64,000 nucleotides of DNA from an uncultured delta proteobacterium. GTDB lineage: Bacteria > Desulfobacterota > RBG-13-43-22. The notes beneath the pieces were generated by a model. The model was not told where the DNA came from. It was given only the letters and a program-made list of their open reading frames with translations, and did no database searches. Numbering within the stretch: the stretch's first letter is position 1; the number at the start of each line of letters is the position of its first letter. Location: assembly GCA_963711835.1 (NCBI GenBank), contig CAVQFQ010000015.1:108408-172407 (forward strand), given 5' to 3'. Shown piece after piece: positions 52,288 through 61,145 of the stretch. The position numbers and the translations under genes are program-made.

Positions 52288-52307
52288 AGATCCTCTTTCT
52301 TAAGAAA

Positions 52308-52442
52308 CGATACTGGTTACTGGATACTCGATACTTGATAAAAACCAAATCATAAATACTCTCCCTATTGCCAAACCTCCAAGGTTTTATAGTTCATTCG
52401 TTCCTCAGTTCATCCAGTATCAAGCATCCAGTATCCAGTATC
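52308..52442 (-). pseudogene. Second, shorter four-helix-bundle remnant inside inverted GATACTG repeats
   Basis: MNYKTLEVWQ* (52397-52365); leader nearly identical to that at 46243-46269. Confidence 0.65.
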
Positions 52443-52449
52443 TTGTATC

Positions 52450-53610
52450 TTAGCTTATGGCCGATACTCCCAAAATCTCCCTCCCGATAATTAGTTTCTG
52501 TATCTCCGTTGTCCCGTCCGGAATGGTGTAAACCCGGGCATCCCGAAAGTACCGCTCTACCGGAAATTCTTCGGAAAGTCCGTAGGCGCCGTGAATCTGG
52601 ATGGCTTTGGAGGTAATCCGGACGGCCGCCTCGGTGGCAAAGTATTTGGCCATGGAGGCCTCGAGCATAAACTTACCGCCTCGGTCAATCTGATCCAGGC
52701 TGCGATAGGCCAGAAGGCGGGCCGCTTCATTTTCGGTGACCATATCGGCAATCATCTCCTGGATTAATTGAAAAGAAGCGATAAGCTTGCCGAACTGGGT
52801 ACGCTGTTTAGCATAAGCGATGGAGGCCTCAATGGCGGCCTGGGCTATGCCCACGGCGGAGACGGCGGCCAAACAGCGGGCGATCTGAATATTGCGCAGG
52901 GCGCCTTTGAAGGCCTCGCCTTCCTCTCCCAACAAGCCCTCTGCCGGCACCAGGCAGTCCTCGAATACCAGTTCGGCGGTGGGAAAGGAACGCACCCCCA
53001 TTTTATGAATTTCTCTGGCCAGAAAAGGGGATTCCTGCCGGTCCACAATAAAGCGTGAAATTCCTTGGGGTCCTTTTTGGGGTTCCGTCGAGGCGTAAAC
53101 AATGACGATATCAGCGATGGTGCCATTGGAAATCCACATCTTGGTTCCGTTAAGGATATAGCCGCCCTGGGAACGGATGGCCCGGGTCTGAATACCGGCG
53201 GCATCCGAGCCGGCATTCGGTTCGGTGATCCCGGAGCAGCCGATTATTTCTCCCCGGAGCAAAGGGCCAAGATATTTTTCTTTTTGCCTGGCGCTTCCTG
53301 AGCGGTGGATCGTCCGGGCGGAACTGGCGCTGATGCCGGCCACGCCGCCTAAAGAGGCATAGGCCCGTCGGAGTTCTTCGATGAGCAGGCCGTAGGTCAA
53401 AAAGGTCAATCCGGAACCGCCCGCTTCTTCGGGAACCGTGCTTCCCAGGTATCCGAAAGGGATAAGCTTTTGAAGCAGCTCATGGGCCTTCTCCTTGGAG
53501 AAAGGCCCCTGGCGATCCAAGGCCCCGGCAATAGGAATGATCTCTTTTTCGAGAAAACGGTGGACCGTCTCTTTGAGCATCCGCTGTTCATCCGTCAATT
53601 CAAAAAACAT
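52450..53610 (-). CDS. Acyl-CoA dehydrogenase
   Basis: ITEPNAGSD, LNGTKMWISNG, RTQFGK, IQIHGAYG, ERYFRDAR. Confidence 0.93.
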   Translation of the reverse strand: MFFELTDEQRMLKETVHRFLEKEIIPIAGALDRQGPFSKEKAHELLQKLIPFGYLGSTVPEEAGGSGLTFLTYGLLIEELRRAYASLGGVAGISASSARTIHRSGSARQKEKYLGPLLRGEIIGCSGITEPNAGSDAAGIQTRAIRSQGGYILNGTKMWISNGTIADIVIVYASTEPQKGPQGISRFIVDRQESPFLAREIHKMGVRSFPTAELVFEDCLVPAEGLLGEEGEAFKGALRNIQIARCLAAVSAVGIAQAAIEASIAYAKQRTQFGKLIASFQLIQEMIADMVTENEAARLLAYRSLDQIDRGGKFMLEASMAKYFATEAAVRITSKAIQIHGAYGLSEEFPVERYFRDARVYTIPDGTTEIQKLIIGREILGVSAIS

Positions 53611-53658
53611 CTTTGCGTCCTTTGCGTCTTTGCGGTAATGTTCTTTTTGATCCGTCTG

Positions 53659-54447
53659 CTAAGCGGTGCAGTAGCCGCCGCTAACGCTGATCACCTGCCC
53701 GGTGACAAAATCAGCCCTTTCGGAAGCCAGAAAAACAACCATGTCGGCAATCTCTTCCGGCCGGGCAAACCGGCGCAAGGGATACGCTTTTAGTATTTTC
53801 TGAAGCAAGGCCTCGGCCTTTTCCTTGCCCAGGCTCCTTTCCCGTTCCTTTCTCCGTTCCAGGGTGGTTTCGGTCTCCGTAGCCCCTGGAGAAACCACAT
53901 TGACCGTAATCCCGTGCGGCCCCAGTTCCCTGGCCAGGGCCTTGGAATGGGCGATAATCCCCCCTTTAGAGGCCGAATAAACCGTCATATGGGGTTCCCC
54001 CACTATTCCGGCATCCGATCCAATGGAAATAATCCTTCCCTCTTTCTGGTCGATCATGGTTCCGATCACGGCGTGGTTGCAATGGATCGTCCCCCTGAGC
54101 CCGATACCCAGAACGCGGTCCCAGTCATCGGGGTTCTGCTCGGCAAACCGCTTTCCCTGATCGCCCACTCCGGCATTGTTCACCAGCACCTGGATGCCTC
54201 CGAAGGTTTCCAAAACTTTCCCGACCATGGCTGCGACTTCCGAATACCGGGTAATATCCGCCGGGCAGGAAACGGCCTCGGCCCCCAGGACCCTCGCTTC
54301 CTGGGCGACGGATTCAGCCCGATCCTTTACATAATCGTTTACCGCCACCCGGGCTCCTTCCCGGGCGAAACCCAGTACAATAGCCCGCCCGATCCCCCGT
54401 CCGGCGCCGGTGACCAAAACGGACTTGCCTTTCAATCCCAGATCCAT
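53659..54447 (-). CDS. SDR family oxidoreductase
   Basis: TGAGRGIG, VNNAG, YSASKGG, VTGQVISVSGG. Confidence 0.9.
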   Translation of the reverse strand: MDLGLKGKSVLVTGAGRGIGRAIVLGFAREGARVAVNDYVKDRAESVAQEARVLGAEAVSCPADITRYSEVAAMVGKVLETFGGIQVLVNNAGVGDQGKRFAEQNPDDWDRVLGIGLRGTIHCNHAVIGTMIDQKEGRIISIGSDAGIVGEPHMTVYSASKGGIIAHSKALARELGPHGITVNVVSPGATETETTLERRKERERSLGKEKAEALLQKILKAYPLRRFARPEEIADMVVFLASERADFVTGQVISVSGGYCTA

Positions 54448-54519
54448 AGTAAACCTCCCGATAATTAAGGGTCCCAAGGTCTAATTTTTGTTTTTCACTT
54501 GAATCCCAGACCCCTGCCT

Positions 54520-55131
54520 TTAGGGTATCCAGCGTTCCAGGGAGGATAAAGGCAAAGGCGTCATGGCCCAAAGGACCTTCAACTCCCCCTCTCCGGCATT
54601 TTCCCAGCGATGAGGTCTTTCCGAATTAAAATGGATGCTGTCTCCTTCACTCAGGGTATAGAGTTCCTCATCAATAACAAAGGATAAATCCCCTTCCAGG
54701 ACCAAAAACAGCTCTTCGCCCTTATGGGCATCGGACCGGACCCCGCTCCTGGCCTTGGGACCGAAAGTAAAGACACAGATTTCCATCCGGCCTTCTTCCA
54801 GAAACATGGCCAATACTTCCATCTTGGATCCTGAAGGACTGGTCAAAACCCGCCGGTGATCTTTCCGGACCATTTCAACCCGTTCTTTAAAATGGAAAAA
54901 ACCGTTGTCCTCCTGGGTGAAAAAACCGATCCCCTTGTTTAAAGCCCGGGCGATCCTCATCAGGATGGTGATGCTCGGAATCATCTCTTTTTTTTCGATC
55001 CGGTGAATGGCGGCCTGGGAAACCCCGGCCTTCTTCCCTAATTGACTGAGCGTCAGGCGCTCTTCTTTCCGGCACTGTTTTATCCGGTCCCCGATGCCGT
55101 CAACAATCGTTTCTACCGAAACGGCTTTCAT
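54520..55131 (-). CDS. XRE family regulator with cupin domain
   Basis: N-terminal HTH (TLSQLGKKAGVS); HKGEE, GDSIHF, PHRWEN. Confidence 0.9.
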   Translation of the reverse strand: MKAVSVETIVDGIGDRIKQCRKEERLTLSQLGKKAGVSQAAIHRIEKKEMIPSITILMRIARALNKGIGFFTQEDNGFFHFKERVEMVRKDHRRVLTSPSGSKMEVLAMFLEEGRMEICVFTFGPKARSGVRSDAHKGEELFLVLEGDLSFVIDEELYTLSEGDSIHFNSERPHRWENAGEGELKVLWAMTPLPLSSLERWIP

Positions 55132-55190
55132 GGCTGTTTTCCGATAAAATTATTTTATTTCATATAATAGATAAAATTTTCTTGATTTAT

Positions 55191-55339
55191 ACGATAATAG
55201 AAATTATAAAACGCTGTCAAGAACAAAATAAGTCGGTTTCGAAAAAATTCGAACCTCCGGTTTAGGATTTTAACGGATCCTGATTTTCGGCGGTCCCGGT
55301 TATTTTTTCCTTGACACCGTTTTTTTTTGATTATATTTT
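55191..55339. promoter_or_regulatory. Divergent sigma70-type promoter region
   Basis: TTGACA on - strand (55215-55220) and on + strand (55311-55316), each with a plausible -10; AT-rich. Confidence 0.5.
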
Positions 55340-55428
55340 TAATTAAATTAGTGCCGTGATCATTGACCCCTTATCCCCCTAACCGTCAACCCCTTTACCG
55401 CCCTGTCCCAGGGAAAGGAGAAAACTGG

Positions 55429-56184
55429 ATGAGATTGAAGGATAAAGTGGCTCTACTGACAGCGGCCGCCGGCGCCGGTATCGGCCTGGCCACAGCCAAG
55501 GCCATGGCCAAAGAAGGCGCCAAAATCGTCCTGACCGATGCCCACCCCAAAAGGCCTCTTTCCATGGCCGAGACCATTCAAAAGGAATTCAGCGTTGAAA
55601 CGCTGGGACTGCAACTGGATGTAACGAATCTTGCCCAGGTCCAAGAAGTGTTCCGAACCGCTCAGGAAAAATTCGGCCGCATCGATATCCTTTTCAACAA
55701 CGCCGGCACCAACCGCCTGTCCAAGGTGGTGGACATGACCGATGAAAACTGGGACCTGGTTATCAATACCTGCCTCCGGGGCACTTTTTACACCTGCCGG
55801 GCGGCATTGCCACTGATGATCCAAAATCAATTCGGCCGCATAATCAACGTGGCTTCCGTAGCCGGATTGTTGGGTTTAAAAGACGGCCAGTCCCATTACA
55901 GCGCCGCTAAGGCCGGCCTCATGGCCTTTACCCGCTGTCTGGCCATGGAGGAAGCTCCCAATTATATCACCGCCAACACCATTGCCCCCGGGTTTATCTA
56001 TAATGAATTTCTGGCCCGCATTTATCCCGAGCCCGAGATCAAGCGGATGCAGGAAAGCATCCCCTACCCCAGAAAAGGAACCCCCCAGGATATTGCCAAT
56101 ATAGCCGTCTTTCTCTGTTCCGATGAAGGCGAATACGTCACCGGGCAGACCATCTGCGCTACCGGTGGCAGCTTTATGCATTAG
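55429..56184 (+). CDS. SDR family oxidoreductase
   Basis: TAAAGAGIG, FNNAG, YSAAKAG; AAGGAG RBS. Confidence 0.9.
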   Translation: MRLKDKVALLTAAAGAGIGLATAKAMAKEGAKIVLTDAHPKRPLSMAETIQKEFSVETLGLQLDVTNLAQVQEVFRTAQEKFGRIDILFNNAGTNRLSKVVDMTDENWDLVINTCLRGTFYTCRAALPLMIQNQFGRIINVASVAGLLGLKDGQSHYSAAKAGLMAFTRCLAMEEAPNYITANTIAPGFIYNEFLARIYPEPEIKRMQESIPYPRKGTPQDIANIAVFLCSDEGEYVTGQTICATGGSFMH

Positions 56185-56274
56185 AGACCGATACCGGATA
56201 CCAGATACCTGATATTGATGGTGTAATTCGTTGCTGCTTCGACTGGTTAACTGCTAAAGTAAAAGCCAAGGATA

Positions 56275-57045
56275 ATGAGCCATCTTCTGGAAGTCAGAAA
56301 TCTGAGTAAGAACTTCGGCGGCTTAGCGGCTATCCACCAGGTTGAATTCGATGTCAAGGAGAAAGAAATCCTGAGCATCATCGGCCCCAACGGGGCCGGG
56401 AAAACAACCCTCTTCAACCTGCTGACCGGCATCCTCGGTCCTTCCAGGGGAGAAATTATTTTCCAGAACCACCCCATCACCCATCTCCCGCCCTATAAGA
56501 TAAGCCGCCGGGGAATAGCCCGGACTTTCCAGACCACCATCCTCTTCGAGGAGTTGAGCGTTCGAGACAACCTGCTCATTGCCTATCGCTCTCAAATGCG
56601 CAGCCGCCTCTGGGACTCCCTTCTGAGGACCGGGCGTCTCCGCCGGGAAGAAGAAGAAGCCCTGGCCCGGGTAGAGGAAATCCTGTCTTTTGTAGAACTC
56701 CAGGACGAGAAGAGTCATTTGGCCAGGAATATTTCGCGAGAAGCCCAAAAACGCCTATCCATTGCCATGGCCCTGGTTACCAATCCCAGACTTTTGCTGC
56801 TCGATGAACCCACCGGGGGCCTGATCAAAGAGGAAACGGGAGCTCTGATGGACCTCTTCCTGAAAATCGCCGTCACGGGGGTTACCCTCTGTCTGATTGA
56901 GCACAAGATGCGTGTCGTCATGAACATCTCCAACCGGGTGGTGGTCTTGAATCACGGGATGAAGATTGCCGAAGGACCCCCGCAGGAAATCAGCCGCCAT
57001 AAAGAAGTGATCCGGGCCTATTTAGGAGAGGAGTACCTTGCTTAA
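56275..57045 (+). CDS. livG: ABC ATP-binding protein
   Basis: GPNGAGKTT, GIARTFQ, LLLDEP. Confidence 0.88.
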   Translation: MSHLLEVRNLSKNFGGLAAIHQVEFDVKEKEILSIIGPNGAGKTTLFNLLTGILGPSRGEIIFQNHPITHLPPYKISRRGIARTFQTTILFEELSVRDNLLIAYRSQMRSRLWDSLLRTGRLRREEEEALARVEEILSFVELQDEKSHLARNISREAQKRLSIAMALVTNPRLLLLDEPTGGLIKEETGALMDLFLKIAVTGVTLCLIEHKMRVVMNISNRVVVLNHGMKIAEGPPQEISRHKEVIRAYLGEEYLA

Positions 57046-57745
57046 TATCCAAGACCTGCACACCCGGTATGGATCATTTTTAGCCCTTAAAAACCTCTCC
57101 TTGACCGTTCATAAAGGAGAGATTGTCACCCTGCTGGGGGCTAATGGGGCCGGCAAGACGACCCTCCTGAAGACCATTTCCGGGCTTCTTAAACCTTACG
57201 CAGGGTCCCTAATGTTTGAGGGCCGGCGCATAGACTCCCTGCCCCCCAACGAAATTGTTCGGCTTGGGATTGCCCATTGTCCTGAGGGAAGAAAATTGTT
57301 TCCCGACATGACGGTCAGAAAAAATCTTCAATTGGGGGCTTTCACCCGTCTCAAGGACAAGAAAGGGGTGGATCAGTCGATGAAGGAGGTGCTCGAGCTT
57401 TTCCCGATCCTCCGTGAACGGGCCCACCAGTCGGCCGGGACTCTCAGCGGCGGTGAGCAGCAGATGTTGTCCATGGGAAGGGCCTTGATGACCAACCCCA
57501 AGCTTTTCCTCCTCGACGAACCTTCACTGGGGTTGGCCCCAATGGTGGTTCGGTCCCTTTTTGAAACCATCCGGGACATTAACGAAAAAGGGATGACCAT
57601 TTTTCTGGTCGAGCAGAATGCCTCACTCGCCCTGCAGGTCGCCCATCAGGGATACGTAATTGAGAACGGCCGGATTGTCCTGGCCGATTCGAGTATTAAT
57701 CTGTTAAACAACGAAAAGTTGAAACAGGCCTATCTGGGGGCCTGA
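57038..57745 (+). CDS. livF: ABC ATP-binding protein
   Basis: GANGAGKTT, LSGGEQQML, LDEPSLGLAP. Confidence 0.9.
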   Translation: MLNIQDLHTRYGSFLALKNLSLTVHKGEIVTLLGANGAGKTTLLKTISGLLKPYAGSLMFEGRRIDSLPPNEIVRLGIAHCPEGRKLFPDMTVRKNLQLGAFTRLKDKKGVDQSMKEVLELFPILRERAHQSAGTLSGGEQQMLSMGRALMTNPKLFLLDEPSLGLAPMVVRSLFETIRDINEKGMTIFLVEQNASLALQVAHQGYVIENGRIVLADSSINLLNNEKLKQAYLGA

Positions 57746-57781
57746 GGATTATCAGGAATTTTTACAAAAGGAGGAGAGAAG

Positions 57782-58975
57782 ATGAACAAAAGAAAAAGAT
57801 CGGTTGGAATTTTAGGGGCCGTTCTCATGGTGGCGATTTTTCTCATAGGGATCTCTCTGGCTCATGGCCAGGAGAAAGTCAAGATCGGCGTCATCGCCCC
57901 TTTGACTGGGGCCATGGCCTCCAGCGGTAAAGATCTGGTGACCGGAGCGGAAGTGGCGGCGGATCGAATTAATGGGGCTGGAGGTCTGACTATCGGGGGG
58001 AAAAAATACCAAATTGAGATCGTCGCCCTCGACGACCAGTTTAAACCCGACCTGACGGTAACAGCCGTTCGAAGGCTGCTCGGGAGTGGGGTGAAGATGA
58101 TAACCACCCTGGGCACCGGCCCCAGCATGGCCGCCCTGGAACTGGCGGATAAGGAGGGATTCCTGCTGCTCGCGGTATCTACAGCCCCGGCCACGACGGC
58201 CAAAGGGGCAAAGCTGGTAGTCCGAATCCCCAGCACCTCCGACTATTATGCCACCTCTATGGCTGAAGCCATCCCTCATATACAGCCCAAGATCGAGAAG
58301 GTGGCCGTCCTCTGGAATACCGATCCGGGAGCCAAGGCTTGGGGCGAGATATTCAGTAAAACCTGGACCGGTCAGGGCAAAAAAATCCTTTTCAGTGAAG
58401 GCCTGGACTTTCGAAAAGTAACGGATTATTACCCCATTTTGACCAAGGTCCTGCCCCTGAAACCCGATGCCTTATTGGTGATCACCCTCGACGAACCCTT
58501 CAGTTTGGTGGCCAAGCAGTCCAGAGAATTGGGCTTTCAGGGCTATTTTCTCTCTTATGAAGGCGTCGGAGATAAAATCGCCGATTTGGCCGGGAAGGAG
58601 ATTGACAATAAATTCTTCGGCATCAAGACTTACTTTGCGCTGGATCCTAAAAAGATGTCATTTCTGAGGGAAGCTTTTCAGAAAAAATCCCCGGGTCTTA
58701 CCCCCGGGAACATCGGAGCCAACGGCCACGAACTGGTTATGCTGGCCGCCCTGGCCATGGAGAAGGCCCAGACGGTCACCGATGTCACGGCCATTCGCCA
58801 GGCCTTTCCCAAGGTGGTTCCCTTTCCGGAATCCATGCGGGGCATCCTATCCTTTGACGAGAAAGGCGACAATATTTCCACCTTTGTTATCGCCGATTTC
58901 GTGAAAGGCAAATGGGAGTACCTGGCCAAGGTTTATAAGAAGGGTCCGAAGGCAGTCATAGAATATATTAAATAA
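57782..58975 (+). CDS. ABC substrate-binding protein (LivJ/K-like)
   Basis: Signal peptide, KIGVIAPLTG, INGAGG. Confidence 0.88.
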   Translation: MNKRKRSVGILGAVLMVAIFLIGISLAHGQEKVKIGVIAPLTGAMASSGKDLVTGAEVAADRINGAGGLTIGGKKYQIEIVALDDQFKPDLTVTAVRRLLGSGVKMITTLGTGPSMAALELADKEGFLLLAVSTAPATTAKGAKLVVRIPSTSDYYATSMAEAIPHIQPKIEKVAVLWNTDPGAKAWGEIFSKTWTGQGKKILFSEGLDFRKVTDYYPILTKVLPLKPDALLVITLDEPFSLVAKQSRELGFQGYFLSYEGVGDKIADLAGKEIDNKFFGIKTYFALDPKKMSFLREAFQKKSPGLTPGNIGANGHELVMLAALAMEKAQTVTDVTAIRQAFPKVVPFPESMRGILSFDEKGDNISTFVIADFVKGKWEYLAKVYKKGPKAVIEYIK

Positions 58976-58984
58976 AACTAAAAA

Positions 58985-59069
58985 AAGGGTTCCAGGGGCC
59001 GAGGGGTCAAGGATGCAAGTGAATAGCGCAGCCTCTTGGACCCTTGAATCCTGGAATCCTTGAACCCTT
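58985..59069. repeat. Inverted octamer-repeat hairpin (same type as 42785-42870)
   Basis: AAGGGTTC CAGGGGCC GAGGGGTC AAGGATGC ... GGACCCTT GAATCCTG GAATCCTT GAACCCTT. Confidence 0.75.
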
Positions 59070-59079
59070 CGTTTTTACG

Positions 59080-59952
59080 ATGATCCTTTTTTTCCAACAG
59101 ATCCTAAACGGTATCATGATCGGGTCGGTCTATTCCCTTATGGCCTTGGGATTGACCCTGATCTATGGCATCCTTCATATCCCTAACTTTGCCCACGGCA
59201 ACAAGTATATGCTGGGGGCCTTTATTTCCCTGACCCTGGTCACGGTGTTTAAAATCAATTACTGGCTGGCCATTGTGCTTTCCATGCTGGTTCTGGGCGG
59301 CATCGGGTTCCTGGTGGAGAGGTTCATCTACCGCCCGCTCCACGACCAGCCTCATATCAATTCCTTCATCGCCGCCATTGGCCTGCTCCTCCTTTTGGAG
59401 GGCATCGCCTACTCTGTCTGGGGCGGAGAATGGCACCGATTTCCGACAGACTATCGCCAGAACCTTTCTTTTTTTGGGATTACCATCACCCTCCACCGCC
59501 TGCTGGTGATCGCGGCCACGGCCTTTCTGATCATCGCCCTCCAGCTTTTCATTAAAAAAACCCCCTGGGGTTGGGCCATCGAAGCCGTGGCCCAGGACCG
59601 GGACGGGGCGCAACTGGTGGGCATCAATGTCTATCGGGTCAGTTCCCTGGCCTTTGCCATCGGCACGGCTTTGGCGGCCGCGGCCTCTTCCCTGGTCGCC
59701 CCGGTCTATCTGGTCTATCCGGCCATGGGAAGTCTGCCCTTGATCAAGGCCTTTGTGGTCATTATCCTGGGCGGTATGGGAAGTCTTCCCGGGGCCGTCA
59801 TTGGGGGATACCTTTTGGGACTGATTGAAAGCCTGGCCAGCGGTTATCTGGCGGCGGTTTATGCCGACCTGTTCGCTTTTGCGGTCCTGGTCATCGTCCT
59901 GGCCATCAGGCCTACGGGCTTGTTGGGTAAAAAAATCGAAGGAACGCCGTAG
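59080..59952 (+). CDS. livH: ABC permease
   Basis: ALGLTLIYG, NFAHG, ILGGMGS, RPTGLLG. Confidence 0.9.
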   Translation: MILFFQQILNGIMIGSVYSLMALGLTLIYGILHIPNFAHGNKYMLGAFISLTLVTVFKINYWLAIVLSMLVLGGIGFLVERFIYRPLHDQPHINSFIAAIGLLLLLEGIAYSVWGGEWHRFPTDYRQNLSFFGITITLHRLLVIAATAFLIIALQLFIKKTPWGWAIEAVAQDRDGAQLVGINVYRVSSLAFAIGTALAAAASSLVAPVYLVYPAMGSLPLIKAFVVIILGGMGSLPGAVIGGYLLGLIESLASGYLAAVYADLFAFAVLVIVLAIRPTGLLGKKIEGTP

Positions 59953-59965
59953 AGATCCTTAGCCT

Positions 59966-60939
59966 ATGAAAAAAGGGCCTGTTATCATCCTGCTGATCCT
60001 GGTTGCCTCCATCCCGCTGGTGGTCAAGGCCAACTACCCCATCCACCTCCTGATCATGGTCGGGATCTGGTCCATCGCCGCTTCCAGTCTGAATCTTATT
60101 CTGGGTTTTACCGGCCAGGCCTCTCTGGGCCACGCCGCCTTCTTCGGGATCGGCGCCTACAGTTCGGCCCTTCTGATGTTAAAGGCCGGCTTGTCCTTCT
60201 GGCTGGCCCTGCCGCTGGCCTGCCTGACGGCGGCCCTGTTCGGTTTTCTGATCGGCCTTCCTGCTCTGAGGACGAGAGGCAGTTATTTCGCCATTGCCAC
60301 CCTGGGATTCAATATCATTGTAACCATTATTATCGAACATTGGGAGGGATTGACCGAAGGAGGGACGGGGATCAGCAGTATTCCCAAGCCGGGGCCCATT
60401 GTTCTGCCCTGGCTGGGTGAGGTGAACTTATCCGGAATGACCGGCCAGTATTACCTGATTTTCTTTTTTCTGGTCCTGACCCTGTTTCTGATTTACCGGA
60501 TAATCCATTCCCCGGTCGGCAAAACCTATACCGCCATCCGGGGCGGGGAGGTCCTGGCTGAATCTCTGGGCATCAACACCAGGGCCAACAAACTGGTTTC
60601 CTTCACGGTCAGCGCTTTTTTTGCCGGTCTGGCCGGGGCCCTCTATGCCTCCTATCACGGCTTCATCAGTCCGGATACCTCGAACTTCCACATCGGCTTT
60701 GATCTGCTGATCTACCTTCTGGTGGGCGGGGTGGCCACCCTGCCCGGCCCGATCATCGGGGCCTTCATCATGACCCTGATCCCGGAAACCCTCCAATCCC
60801 TCCTGGAATACCGGATTATTTTCTACGGGGCTTCTTGATCCTGGTGGTGATCTTCCTCCCCCGGGGACTGGTAGGGCTGTGGCGAGTTACTCTTTGGCCA
60901 CGCCTTAAGGACCTGGGGCATATACTAAGACAGGGATAG
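59966..60939 (+). CDS. livM: ABC permease; frameshift near 60830
   Basis: GFTGQASLGHAAFFG; FLPRGLVG tail in another frame ending at TAG 60939. Confidence 0.85.
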
Positions 60940-61145
60940 CCGCACAGGAAACCATTGCAAGTCAGGACCTGACCGTGCAGACATGGCCAGGTTTGGGGTC
61001 TTCGATCGCTTTCTTCCTGTACTCGTCAAATTTCCATTTTGAAAAAAACAGAAGAGTTCAAACCGTAATCGTCGATAAAAGGGTCTTGATATTTGTTGGA
61101 CTTAGAAACGGCAACGGCATGATTTAGTTCAAGTCTGTCGAAAAA

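Noticed and set aside
10473-59069. Short repeat arrays as CRISPR
   Set aside because: Units are 7-9 bp, tandem and inverted, with no unique spacers and no cas genes.
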